Origin: Eledone cirrhosa
Taxonomy: Eukaryota
Direction: 5' to 3'
Assembly (NCBI GenBank): GCA_964016885.1
Contig: OZ024742.1
Location: 261,826,001-261,890,000, forward strand
Length of the DNA: 64,000 nt
Below are positions 1-12,689 of the stretch, in pieces. A model generated the notes under the pieces. The model had not been told where the DNA came from. It ran no database searches and saw only the letters and a program-made list of their open reading frames with translations. Numbering within the stretch: position 1 is the stretch's first letter; every line of letters starts with the position of its first letter. The position numbers and the translations under genes are program-made.

Positions 1-187
1 CGCCGCCTGATCATATAAGCTGTGCACTTCTACGGCAATAGACGTACACCCATATAGTTGTGTGTGTATACACTATGAAGGGGTTGTTGATTAGATGCAG
101 TCGTTTTGGGTGTTCGTGCTTGATACGTACTAAAATAATTATACACGCTCGCAAACTCACATTTTTAATGTTTTAATGATGCTCTTG

Positions 188-331
<144 letters not shown>

Positions 332-678
332 CGGTGCTGTCGTATTTGCATAGAGTTATATAGTTGCTCACATTCACAACAACGCTGTCGTATACGTGTT
401 AGCAGTGGTGGTGGTAGTACTAATAGCAGCTTCTACACAGATTCTAGTCACACACTCCTTCAAAGATTATAATAAAATAGTGAGCCAACTTAGCTCTCCA
501 CCCCCACACTTGTCTTTTCATGCTTTACAGCTACTCTACCACCATTTTACATCATCAGAGTTTAAATTCATACTATCATTACTGCTTATTGTCGGTTTTA
601 CCAATGCAGCTGTTCAGTCAGTCTGCATTGTTGCAGCTGTACTGTGACTAGATTCAATTCTATGACGGTGATACTGAT

Positions 679-711
<33 letters not shown>

Positions 712-2591
712 GTTGGTAGAAGAAATGAATAAAACTAGGCTGTTTATTAGCCAACTAGACGCATTCCATATAATCGTGTATTGAATACTCTTATGAACAA
801 TAGAATATACATTCTATGTATGCAATTCAACCGTGATGGCATATTATGTATCTCTACTGCATCTCTGGGTTCCTTCCTCCATAGTGCCTATGGTTTGCAC
901 CTCATTAATAACACATCCTAACCTGATTTTGTTGTTTGAAATAAAATCTTCTTTGTTTCTTATAGTGATTGTTTTAATGTATGGCACGTGTTATTTCCCC
1001 CGATCACGGGGATAATGGGTATCAATCGTTCGTACATCTCTTTAAAAGGAAGACATTTTGCAATCGGTAAAGAGCATTTTTTTAATCGGCATTTGGTTAT
1101 TTAATCTTAACTTACCTAAAAAATTAACCGTAATATATTGGATCACTTCAAACAGTTCCCAACACATAACTGTCGCCGTGTAAAATTGTTTTATCATTAT
1201 TATTGACCCATTGGCGTTTGGCATCTACATCTATCTGTCTCATTAACAAAAAAGAAAGGAGAAAAAAAAAAGAACACCAAGAATGCCTTAATCAGCACAT
1301 ACATGTATAATAAGAGGAAAAAAAACTGATTTTGTGCATGGATTAAGGTAGAAATCAATTGTAGATTATTGACTTCAAATTTTAGTCTGCCTGCAAAACT
1401 GTGCCAAGCTAAAATCAAACCAATGAAATGAAAATTCTATTTTTAAAATAATGAACAAAGAAAGCCTGGCTTTAGTTAAATGTTATATTTATTAATTTTA
1501 GGCAATTGTAGTTTAAAAATAAATTGTAGAGTAATCTGCTGTCTAAAAAAATCTGTTAAATTGTGTGATAGCTGGAAAGGCGATAAACAGGCAGTAAAAA
1601 AAGGCGGTGTATAAAAATAGCTTTTCAGTGTTAATACTGGAGTATATATATCATGAACATCCTCGTTTAACACTCCTTCCTTTCTCTTGTGGTTTTCTTT
1701 CCGTCTATGTTACGCTTCTTTCTCATCTCGGTGTTTGTTGATTATTGTTACTTTTTCTTTCTATTTGCCCTTAAATAAATTATACTCTTCACTTCTCTTT
1801 TCAATTTTGTTTTCAATATTTTTGTGAACCTCATCCGTCTCTCCCCACACACATTGCTGGGTGACTGCATTATTAGATGATACCACATTTTACACACGCA
1901 CACATGTATTCCTCTTGTCAGAGCTAGTTTCACCTGGGAGTAGTTCTGCTGCAATCGTGTGTGCGTTTCACTTCCGTCTGTTGTGTAATCCTATCTTATT
2001 CCATCTATCTCTCCCCACACAGCATCAAACTCGAAATCTAACTCCACAACCATAACTCTTTTTTCGCATTTATTAAAAAATTCCTTATAAAGGTGTTTTA
2101 TTTTATCTTTTAAATTAAAACCCTGTGATTTAGTTAGTAATAAAGAATAAAATAAAATCCTAAAAATATATTCTAGTATATTTTAAAGATTCTTCTATTG
2201 CTGCTATGATCGTTGTATCTTTCCTTTTTTTAGTTCCCTTTGCTCTCTATAGAGCATTGCGCAACTTTCGTCGTTTCTGTAACAATTTTGTCCAATGGAA
2301 GATATACATCTCTCCTTCCTTCATAACACAGGCCGAAAACAAATTTAGCGTTTCAAAATCAAAGGGGTCCAATTCAGATACTGTCAACTAGAGTTAGCTG
2401 AGCCTGGGAATCAATCACAAATTTATTTTACAAGGCATATAACGCTATGTTCAGTATTGAAATAATGATTTTTACTATAGGCACAAGGTCGGCAATTTTG
2501 GGGTTGGAGGAAAGTCGACTCCAGGGCTGGTGCTTCATTTTATCGACCCCGTAAGGATGAAAGGCAATGCTAACCTCGGCGTATGTATGTA

Positions 2592-2623
<32 letters not shown>

Positions 2624-2626
2624 ATC

Positions 2627-2768
2627 AGAAGGGATACAGTAAAATCAGTTAGACCATTACTCACCAGAGTACTCAATATTTTGGGTAGTAGAGTGGGTAA
2701 TATGAAAAATTCGGGACCCGGCAGCTGTTGAAACGGCAAGAGCTCAGCCATCGGGTCCCGAATTTTTC

Positions 2769-2865
<97 letters not shown>

Positions 2866-3149
2866 AAAATTCCGTTATAGCGAAATTCACGAGGTATAAA
2901 GAAATTCTTTATAACGGAATTTTACCCGTATAGATGTGTGTGTGTATAGGAAAAGAGTCAGGACCCCGACGGCTGAGCTCGTTACGACAGCTAGATCTGA
3001 ACTGAGTTCAGATCTAGATCTAGCTGTCGAAACGGCTGGAGCTCAGCCGTCGGGGTCTTGACTATTTTCCTGTTTCCCACTCTACTACCCTAAGTATCGA
3101 GTACTCTGGTGCGTTATGGTCCACCTGGTTCCTTACCAAGCTTCCTTCG
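2627..3149. repeat. inverted pair of related hairpin-bearing short elements separated by (TA)n
   Basis: ACCATwACkCACCAGAGTACTCrATA...GGGTAGTAGAGTGGG at 2653-2697, inverted at 3076-3120; each copy carries a long internal palindrome. Confidence 0.8.
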
Positions 3150-6100
3150 TTATATATATATATACACACACCCACCCGTGTCTATGTTTTTCATTCTCAT
3201 ATTTTTTCTCTTTCTCTTGCATCCCTCTTCCTTTCTCCTCTACAAAACGGAGACATACAGTTGCAAAACAATGGGCACATTTTTCTTATAAAAATATAGG
3301 AAAATAAATGGAATTTAATATAAATTACTGTTTCATACATCAAAATATGTTACCATTCGGTAGGATAAGGAACAATATGTATGTTGTGGGTGTTCATTTT
3401 CTAATTACCGAGTACATACTCAGCTTATCTTATGGAAGTTGTGTAACTATATCTTGTTACTTTCATTGGTTGTTTGTTTTGAAATCACCGACTATTTTTC
3501 TCTCCCGTTATTATCATTGTCGCCTCTTATTTATTTCTAATAAGACACAGAAGGGAGGTGGGGTAACGGTTAGGATAATGACAGAGAGATGCCATCTTTC
3601 CTGTATGAATAGTTCTACTATACACACTCTGAACAGTCGGCTAGTTTGTGCACCAGTGGAATGATCTTGCCTCCTTTTATGGCACTGTCTGTTGCACCTA
3701 CACTGCACTTCTCACTTTATATATAAATATATATAATATAATATCTCACTCACTGTTCTCTCTCTCTAACACACACACATATATATTTCAGTCAAGCCAC
3801 CTACCTCTCTTTCAGGCTCTGTCTCACAAGATCTCAACCTATTTCCTCTATCCGTTTTTTTTATGCAGCAGTATAAAAGATTTCTAGTTGTAATTCTCAC
3901 GAGTATTGTCTAAAACAATGTTTGTCTGGTATGACTGAACTGTTGTTGGTTTCAGTTTCCTCTAAAATATCTGGTGCATTCCTATATGTAAACAATAACT
4001 GGTAAAAATAAATAAAAGCGACGTCAATTAACGAAACCACCAATAATAGGAAAGGTAAAAAAGTAACTTGGCGTTTTTGAACTGCTGAAACGAATAAATT
4101 TCGTTTTAGCGTGGATTTTCGTTTCACTTTTTGAAAATGTAAAACGTTATTGTTTCAGATTGAATCCATTAAGGACGAACATTTCATTGCAAATATATAT
4201 TCCATATACAAAAAAGAATGGAAGATTGGGATGTGGTGTGGGTAAAAATTGTCATATATTTAAAATGTGGGATGTATTTCGTTGAAAATGACTGTATTAA
4301 CAACTGTACACTTAGTTTCCGCTCCTTAAATTACGAAATAAACTTTCACATTGTGTTATAAATAATTTGAAGGCGTTCTTTTGTTTTAAATAGGCGGCAA
4401 ACTCCGAAACGACCAATAATTTCATTTAAATCAATAACGATAATCTAAAAAAATTCCTTATCAAATGTAATCTAAGTTAAACACTAGGATTTTTTTTCAA
4501 CACGCTGTGATGCGTATGTGTATGTGCATATGCATACATTTATATAAGTATATAAATATAAACGTGCAAACACACACACTTACAAAAATACACACTCAAA
4601 TGCATACATTCACACACACACACACATACACTCATACAGCGTAGCAAATGGAACGCCAGTCGCTGTTTTGCTTATGGCTTTTTCACCACCCCGTTCCTTT
4701 CTTTTACACTCACATTCACACACACACACACATTGTGTGACGGACGGACGGAAGTCGCTCAAATTTATATCTAAATTGCTTTTTACTAGATACATTCGTA
4801 TACAAAAATTTTGTCTACTTAAAACGAAAGAACGCTAATATTAATAATGTAATTTAAAAAATATACTATGCAAAACATATTTTAATCTGTTAAATAATTT
4901 TAACATAAATTACAAAAATTGAAATGAAATGTGAAGGTGCATGACATAGTTGTTAGGTTGTTGGATTCACAACCATAATGTTATAGGTTGAATTCCTTGG
5001 TGCCTTGTGTTCTCGAGTGATACATTTCATTTTACATTGCCTTATATGATAAGACTAGGACCACTTATTAAAACATCTGAGAAACCTATGAAATGCAACA
5101 TGAGTGTAAGTTGTAAATTTAATCTAGTGGACAGAGACTAATAATACGAAACAACTTATATCAATTCATCAATTCAATCATCGTCTTGTCAACATACCAG
5201 TAATGAGAATTATCAAAAGGAGGAATGAATAGGGCGAAAGTTTAAAAAAACACATTTGCGTACATAAGACAAGTGTGTGCAAAAATCTACTAGAACAAAA
5301 CTAATTCTGAGCAGCTCTTTATGCAGAGTTCAAATCTTGCTTGGGTCAACTTGCCTTTCATCCTTTTGAGGTTGATAAAGTAGCAGTATAGTACTGAGGT
5401 TGATTCTTCTATTTCTCTTTCTCAATTTCTCTCTTTCTGGAAAAAATCAGCTATGTTCAGATCTGGAGAGTAATGGGATAAAATACCAAAGATCAGTATA
5501 TATATTCCGACAGTACCCCTAATCTAGAGTTAAGGGCCCATGGAATTGGGTACCCTTTTTTTACATTCCCTACTATTGCTGGTTTCGTTTTTAACTATGC
5601 TGTTTTTCTCAAATTATTTATTTCTAGTTTACCTTTTGTTATTAGGAAGTGATTGCTTCACATTTGTACACTTTAAAACTAATAATTACTTAACATACGC
5701 CGGTGTATTTAGATGTTAAATAACAAGGGTCTTTGTTAGATAGTAAATCAATTAAATACTTTGTATAATAAAACCACATATATATATTATATCTTTTAAA
5801 TTATTTGATATTGTTATTTGTATGCTTAAAACACGGCGGTTTGAATTAATTAGCAGGTAATTTTAAGCTCTTAAATGACTTTATTTCATTAGTGGAAACA
5901 TTCAATTACTGTGTGAAAATGTTTCATGCAAAAGTTGATCTTTTTCAGCTATCCAGTAGGAAATACTAGGCTTGGTCTATGGACGTGGTATGTGATTTCA
6001 CTCTGGGATTTCTCCCATTTTGATTTACCTCCTTTTCCAATTGTATAATTCTCAGTTTCAGTACATGCTACAGACTAAGTCTTTGGCTTTTTTTCATACC

Positions 6101-6319
6101 TAGTAAAGATCATTTGCATCAGTTATAAAAACTAAATGCTGGTTTTTAAGAGTTATCTAGATATATTTCTTCTCTCTAATCAACTTTGAGTTTTCTTATT
6201 TAAATTCCAGTTTAAGTTTCAACTTGGATAATTTAAACTAAGATTTCAATTATTCTTTTGGTGATCAAAGCTTCTCCTTTATAAAGTAATTTTCTATTTT
6301 CTCGCCCATCTCTCTTCAG

Positions 6320-6447
6320 AGGACTTAAGAGAGTATTTCTCTAAATTTGGAGAAGTTGAACATTGTAATCTAAAAACAGACCCTGTCACAAAGAGATCCA
6401 GAGGTTTTGGCTTTGTCCTTTTCAAAGACGAACAGACAGTTGATAAG
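6320..6447 (+). CDS. sqd: hnRNP D/squid-like exon, RRM1 ([42 protein letters not shown])
   Basis: ctcttcag acceptor, AAG|gtaag donor; RNP1 RGFGFVLF typical of the hnRNP D family. Confidence 0.93.
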
Positions 6448-7826
6448 GTAAGAATAATTTTGGTGAAATATTTTCATTTTAACTGTGAAACAAGTGGTGA
6501 CAATCAGATAATCACTTTTGAATTTTAATATCTTGTAATTGTTCTGCAGAAAATGTAAAAGGAACTAATCTTATTAATCATCATCATCATTTGTCCCCTT
6601 CCATGCTGGTACGGGTTGGGCAGGTTGTCATGGTCCAAGACCAAATCGGTCAGAACAACCTATCTTGCTTGTTATGTTCTATTTCTACAGCTGGGTGCTC
6701 TACTTAATGCCAACCACTTTACAGAATGTTGGGTGCATTTTTAGTGACACCAGCACTACCACTTTACAGATTGGACTAGTTGGATTTCATTGTGGTACCA
6801 ACTCTATCATTTTACAGAGTGTACAGAGTATGATTTATGGTTCCAGTACTAGAGATGATAGGCAAGACAGAAGAGTCCTCTCAAATCTTATACTGTCTCC
6901 GTTTGATTTCAATTGCCATACACTGTAGCCTCCAGTCTCTCACTATGATTATATTAAGTGCCGCAGTGCTTATACTGGTGGACCTTTTTTTTTGCAATAT
7001 AGCATATCACCAATCAGCTTGGTCTTGTCATCTCCTTTGTGGGACGACAGATTGTTGTGAAAATCTGCAATGATGCAGTCACATTGTTGTTTTATACTTC
7101 TCACGAATGTCTTGCTAATGTGGTTTTAAGTAGTACAGAGCTGTAAGAGTTAATGGGACTGGCCATGATTTGAAATTGCTGTTGGTGAAGATGGCATGTG
7201 GCTTAGTAAAGATGTTGGATTCACAATCATAAGATCATCATCATTATTCAACATCTGCTTATTCCTGCTAGCAAGGGTTGGACGGGTTAATCAGGACTAC
7301 TGACCCTCGAATGGGCTGGCGGCCATATCTTACATTCATTTCCACCATGGGTTTGATCCCTGGATAGAGCAGTGCATTTTGTCCATGAGCAAGATCCTTC
7401 ATTTCACGTTGTTCAGGTCTACTCAGTGAAGGTTAACTCTTGCAGTGGTCTGGCATCTGTCATTAAAACACCCAAGAAATCTTGAAAGCACCCAGTTAAG
7501 CTAACATAGGTGTGAGCTGGAAAAACAAATTGTATTTAGATGACCATTTACTAGAAAACTCTTCATGCCATAGTGATATTTGTGGGATATTTGGTTTTTG
7601 AAGTCTTTTGTCAACTCTACTGTTCATAAAAACTACTACAGCCACCCTGGGCTATTAGACAGTTTGGCCCCAAATTCAGGTTGCTGGGAAAATGTATTTC
7701 ACATTGCTTTCCATTAAAACCCACAAGAAGCCTCCAATGATTCATGGTATGTATTGTAAATTTAATTTTTTTTATCACCTCATACAAAGTTACATTGTAT
7801 AATGGTTACCCAATATTATTTTCCAG

Positions 7827-7979
7827 TCTTTGGTGGAAAAAGAGCACAAACTTCATGGAAGGAATATTGATCCCAAACGAGCAAATCCCCGAGAACCGAT
7901 TAGGAAAGTCTTCGTTAGGAACCTCGACCAGAACTTGGCAGAAAATGAGATCCGTGAATATTTTGGTAAATTTGGAAAG
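7827..7979 (+). CDS. sqd: hnRNP D/squid-like exon, RRM1 end/RRM2 start (SLVEKEHKLHGRNIDPKRANPREPIRKVFVRNLDQ...FGKFGK)
   Basis: ttccag acceptor, AAG|gtgtgt donor, 153 nt phase 0-0; HKLxGxxIDPKRA linker is family-diagnostic. Confidence 0.92.
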
Positions 7980-8280
7980 GTGTGTTTTGTCACTTTGACT
8001 TGACTAATTAGTTATTTATATTGCATGGTTTTAACCTGTTTGTTACCATATTTCTAATGAAAAACACTACCTGTAATTTTTAAAATTAATTTTGAAAAAT
8101 AATCATGAGTTTAGGATTTAGTAAAAAGTTTAAAACAGTTTTTTTTTTTTTCCTTTCTTTCTTATCGTAGAACGGTAGCAGATTATGCATCAATAGTGTT
8201 AAGAAATGATTTTCTATCCATCCCAAAACTAACATGGCTGAAGAAATCTTAGATTATTATTGTTATTTTGCTATTTTCAG

Positions 8281-8412
8281 ATAGTCAAGCTGGAATTACC
8301 GTATGACAAAATGAGAAATCAGCGACGTAATTATTGTTTCATAGAATTTGAGTGTGAGGAGGCAGTTGATAAAATCTGTGAAAATGCAGGTCATCAGATT
8401 GGTACCAGAGAG
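8281..8412 (+). CDS. sqd: hnRNP D/squid-like exon, RRM2 (IVKLELPYDKMRNQRRNYCFIEF...GTRE)
   Basis: ttttcag acceptor, GAG|gtaagg donor, 132 nt; lies within ORF 8260..8520. Confidence 0.92.
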
Positions 8413-9374
8413 GTAAGGGCATTAAGTATTTTGGTACTTATAAACTTTTTTAATTCTCTTAACTTAAGCTCTAAAAAGTACTTTTATCCATTAATTAAAC
8501 TTTATTTTATTCTAAAATAAAGTCTAGTTATTGTAATAAGTTGGGTACTTTCCAATCTTTTCTTATTCCAGGTAATGCTGTAAACTCATCATTTTAACTT
8601 GTTAATCGTTGCATCCTAATTAATGGAACATTTAAATGGTAACAGCTGCGTTCCATGTACTACCAACTTTATTTGCATCCATCCTCTAGGAATGATTGAC
8701 GCTTACTTCTACTTCACATACTACTACTTCCCTGACTAGAAGATAGATTTTCTTAAAAACCATTATATCTAAACAGTAAAGGGGATCGAGGTTAACGCTA
8801 CGTAAGTTATCCCTAGTTGGTATAAGTACCGTATTGATGTCTACTGCGAAGGTTATAGCTGGTTTGTGCTGATTGCATTACCAATGATTACTCCTTTTGT
8901 TCCACTTCCAGCTGCGGGGGCGCTAGTTCATGTGAATATACTGGACAAAGGAGACCCTGAATACTACTCTCGAGTTGTGGTGGTGGTCAGTACTTCGAGA
9001 TACCGCAGCCACATGTGACTACACCTACTACTACTAGGCCTATGCAATGGTTAGAAGTTGTTAAACCAAATAATCTTCTGCACTAACTGTTAATTGCCTT
9101 CTTATAGGTGACATTGTTTAAACATCTATCTTAGTAAAGTTTTAGTTAATGCTATAATAAATTTATTTACAGTTTCATTTAGAAATCGTAACGACTATCA
9201 AGCTTGTCAGTAAGAGGATATCAACTGTAAAATTGTAAGTCTCGCTGTAGTAAGTCTACTGACATAAGTTGGTAGTTTTGTTTTGATAATTTTTTTTTTC
9301 TAAAGATGCTTCCTCTTCCATTATCATTATTTTCATTAAAGTAGTTTATCCCATGCCTATCCCACATTTTATTT

Positions 9375-9443
<69 letters not shown>

Positions 9444-9708
9444 TCTATCTCTCTTACATTTTTCCCATTTCTGTTTTAGTGAATAATAACATTATGGGTT
9501 AAAGTGCTAAGTCTATGGGGTCCTGCAGGCTGGCTGAAGGTAGTCTGTGGCAGTCATTTTCATTGGTTTAATTCTTTTTCATTAAAACATTTAAGGTTAA
9601 AGATAATTTTTTAAAAAATGTCAATGACTGCCATTAGATTAAAAAACAGAACCCATTTATTGTTGACTGGATTTGAACTGACATATTTTCACATTGTCAA
9701 TTTTGTAG

Positions 9709-9763
9709 GCCCAGGTGAAGAAAGCAACTCCAGTTGCAAACCAGAGGGGAAGAGGCCGAGGAG
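9709..9763 (+). CDS. sqd: hnRNP D/squid-like exon, RRM2 end + RG motif (AQVKKATPVANQRGRGRG)
   Basis: ttttgtag acceptor, GAG|gtatga donor, phase 0-1; VKKATP ends RRM2. Confidence 0.9.
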
Positions 9764-11370
9764 GTATGAACTATGGCTTTGGTGATCTAACAGAAGGCAT
9801 GTGGTTTGGAGATGTTTTAATACTATTGTTATATGATAACTGCAAATAGCAGCTACTTTTGCAGTTGTTTTGAAAAATATATTTTTGGTGTGGTGTTAGA
9901 ACAAGTAAATATGTAATTGGTGTTGGAACAATATTAGCTGTTGTCAACTTGACAATTGTACTTGTTGAAAATAAATAAGTTGTTTAATAAGTATAAATAA
10001 ACCTTGGCTTTACCAGTTTGTGTATTTTTTATAACACAAGGGATACACATTAACTGGATCAAGATATTTTTTATTTAATTTACATATCCATTTATAAAAA
10101 AATGTATTTAACTCCTGTAATTATGAAGAATAGCTTTGTTGGTTTCCAACAGACCAATCACTGATCCACTAGATTTAACACATCAAATGTATTTTCATGC
10201 TAAAAACACCTGACGCTATAAGTTATATCTTGTCTTTCCTATTCATGAAGGTAGAAACATAAAACCCAATATGATCCTTATAACATGATTTCATCCATCA
10301 TAAATTAGATGACACATGATGAACTATTGCAGTATACTTTGGAATATTTTGTCCTTTGGGCTCATTGATGGAATTAGAATTGTTCTTCCTTTTGCACTTT
10401 ATATACCATTGATCTGTGGTATCTGTTTATCACCAAATGGACTGCGCTAGCAGAGACCTAACAGCAGTGACACATAAATGCAATTATTAATCTAACACCC
10501 TACAGATTCAGCCAGCTGTAGACATAGATCCAGTGTATAATATAATGCTGTGGATGACAATGGTTAAAAGGTTTGCTTCATGGCATCTTGGGCAAATGTC
10601 ATTTATCTTAGCCTTGGATTGTGAGTGAAATTGGATAGAGGGGAAACTATTTGGAAGCTTGTTGGTGAAAGGGCTAGTCTTGTCATACACTGTGACACTC
10701 AATCATTCTAGAATTATGTTAAAGTACATGTGTCTGTGGCATTCTTAGCCACATGCATATTAATTTCACGATCAGGCTATCTCATTGTTTGAACTAGAAC
10801 ACAATGGTCCATTTTTCTAGTGTATTGCCATGTTCTTTGGTCTGCCTACTTTTTATGATTATATTTATGAGATGTGTGAAATTTAGTGTACTGTTGAGGA
10901 CCAGTGCTTTGGATAATGTTTTCTTATGCTCACTGTTAAATAAATAACCAAGAGAATATTTATATATTAGCTAATGGATTACTCAATCTTATATCTGCTG
11001 TAGTCTTAGTGAGCTATCATCTAAGACCACTATTGAGGTATTCCCATGCAATATGAAATTTTATAAATATTTTCTCAAACTCTCCTACTGTACCTCCTGT
11101 GATAAGAACATCAACACTTTTATATCAAAGAATTGCAAATTATAACTGAATATATTGTAAATTTGCATAAGGTTTTTTTTAGTTATAAATCAAACTATTA
11201 AATTATAGACGTCACTTTATTTCAGAGTTTAAGGTGTTTATTTTTTAAAAATGTTTTTCTATAAACCTAAATATTAGATTTTTTATGTAGTTTGACTAGT
11301 GGTGCCAATGACTAATCAATTCGGTTTGACTGACTTTTTGTTTTATCAATCCATCAGATAACCTGTTCTA

Positions 11371-11990
11371 CAGGGTGTGGCTTAAAGCATCTTTACAAGT
11401 TAAATATGAAGCCTAGGCATGTTCTCAATATCTAGTATCTATTTCCTTACACAGTTGCTGGAAATTTTGTGTGCATAACACTGGGGATATCTGATGGATT
11501 TGCACACTATCACCTGTCATTTCTCTTGTTAAACTTTTGATCCAGGTCAAAATTTTTCTCAGAAAAAACCCAGAGCATACTGTTCTTCAGGGTTTTTAAC
11601 CATGTTGAATAACCACTTTACACAAATCTAATTTTCCTGCATCTTTACAGTCATGAAATGACTTCTCCATCACACAGCTTATATTGAATATTTTCATGCA
11701 CCACAGTTCTGATCCCCATTACCTGAAGATGTTTAACAATGGCCATCATTGGCTTTCTTGGTTTTTCATCAATAATATTCTGGACCTGTTGTATAAACTA
11801 GTGTAAGAATGTTGAGAATGTATTTTTCACTTAGACAGAAGTGTTGCATTCCAACTGGAGGCTTTCAATTTCTTCAAAACTTTATGAACAAATGATCTAG
11901 CAACATTTTAAAATTTTGCAATCTCTAAATTACTGCATAAAGTAACAGCATGGCTTTTCATCTCTTGGGACAAAATATCTGTTGTGGCTT
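11371..11990 (-). mobile_element. old maT/DD37D-like transposon remnant in hnRNP intron
   Basis: TA|CAGGGTGT end; minus-strand remnants FS.EKNFDLDQKFNKRNDR and VVHENIQY resemble the 35993-37272 transposase; right boundary approximate. Confidence 0.5.
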
Positions 11991-12506
11991 ATGATAGTGG
12001 TATATAAATTAGGTTGAAGGAAGCAATAGGTTAATAATAGGTCCTCAAATAACTTATGCACTATCTATATAAATAGACAAACAAACATACATATACATGT
12101 TAGAGTATTTGATTCAGGATCATAAGGTCATTTCATGTTGCTTTTCATAATGGGACTGAGGTTCCTGTCATAACACCCATGAAACCTGCTATGAGATGCA
12201 GCCTCATAGGTGTCAGCTGTAAATTTCATTTGTTATTTTATACATATACATAAACATCTAGGTTCTGCATAGTTTCTGGACTTCTTAAACCACTAAATTC
12301 TGTCTTCCACTATCTTATGTTTGTTTTAGCAGTTTAGATTAACTTCGCCTAAATCTGTACTGTTTATAATATAAATATGACTTGAAGTTGACACTAGTGT
12401 GATTGGTGTTGTTAGTTAATGTTGATGGTAGCACTTAGTATCACGTAATTCTATACCTGACATGTGAGTGGTGTTGTTAGTAAATGTTATGCTGTGTATT
12501 TGGCAG

Positions 12507-12689
12507 GTGGCTGGAACCAAGGTGGTTGGAACCAGGGCTATAACCAAGGCTACAACAATTATTACAACCAAGGCTACTGTGGCTATGGTAGCTATGGAGG
12601 ATATGGTGGTTATGATTACGGCTACAATTATAACCAGGGTGCTTATGGTGGATGGGGAGATTATGGACAAAACTATGGATATGGATATG
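12507..12689 (+). CDS. sqd: hnRNP D/squid-like exon, Gly/Tyr/Asn-rich low-complexity domain
   Basis: tggcag acceptor, ATG|gtaagt donor, 183 nt phase 1-1; GGWNQGGWNQGYNQGY... Confidence 0.92.
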
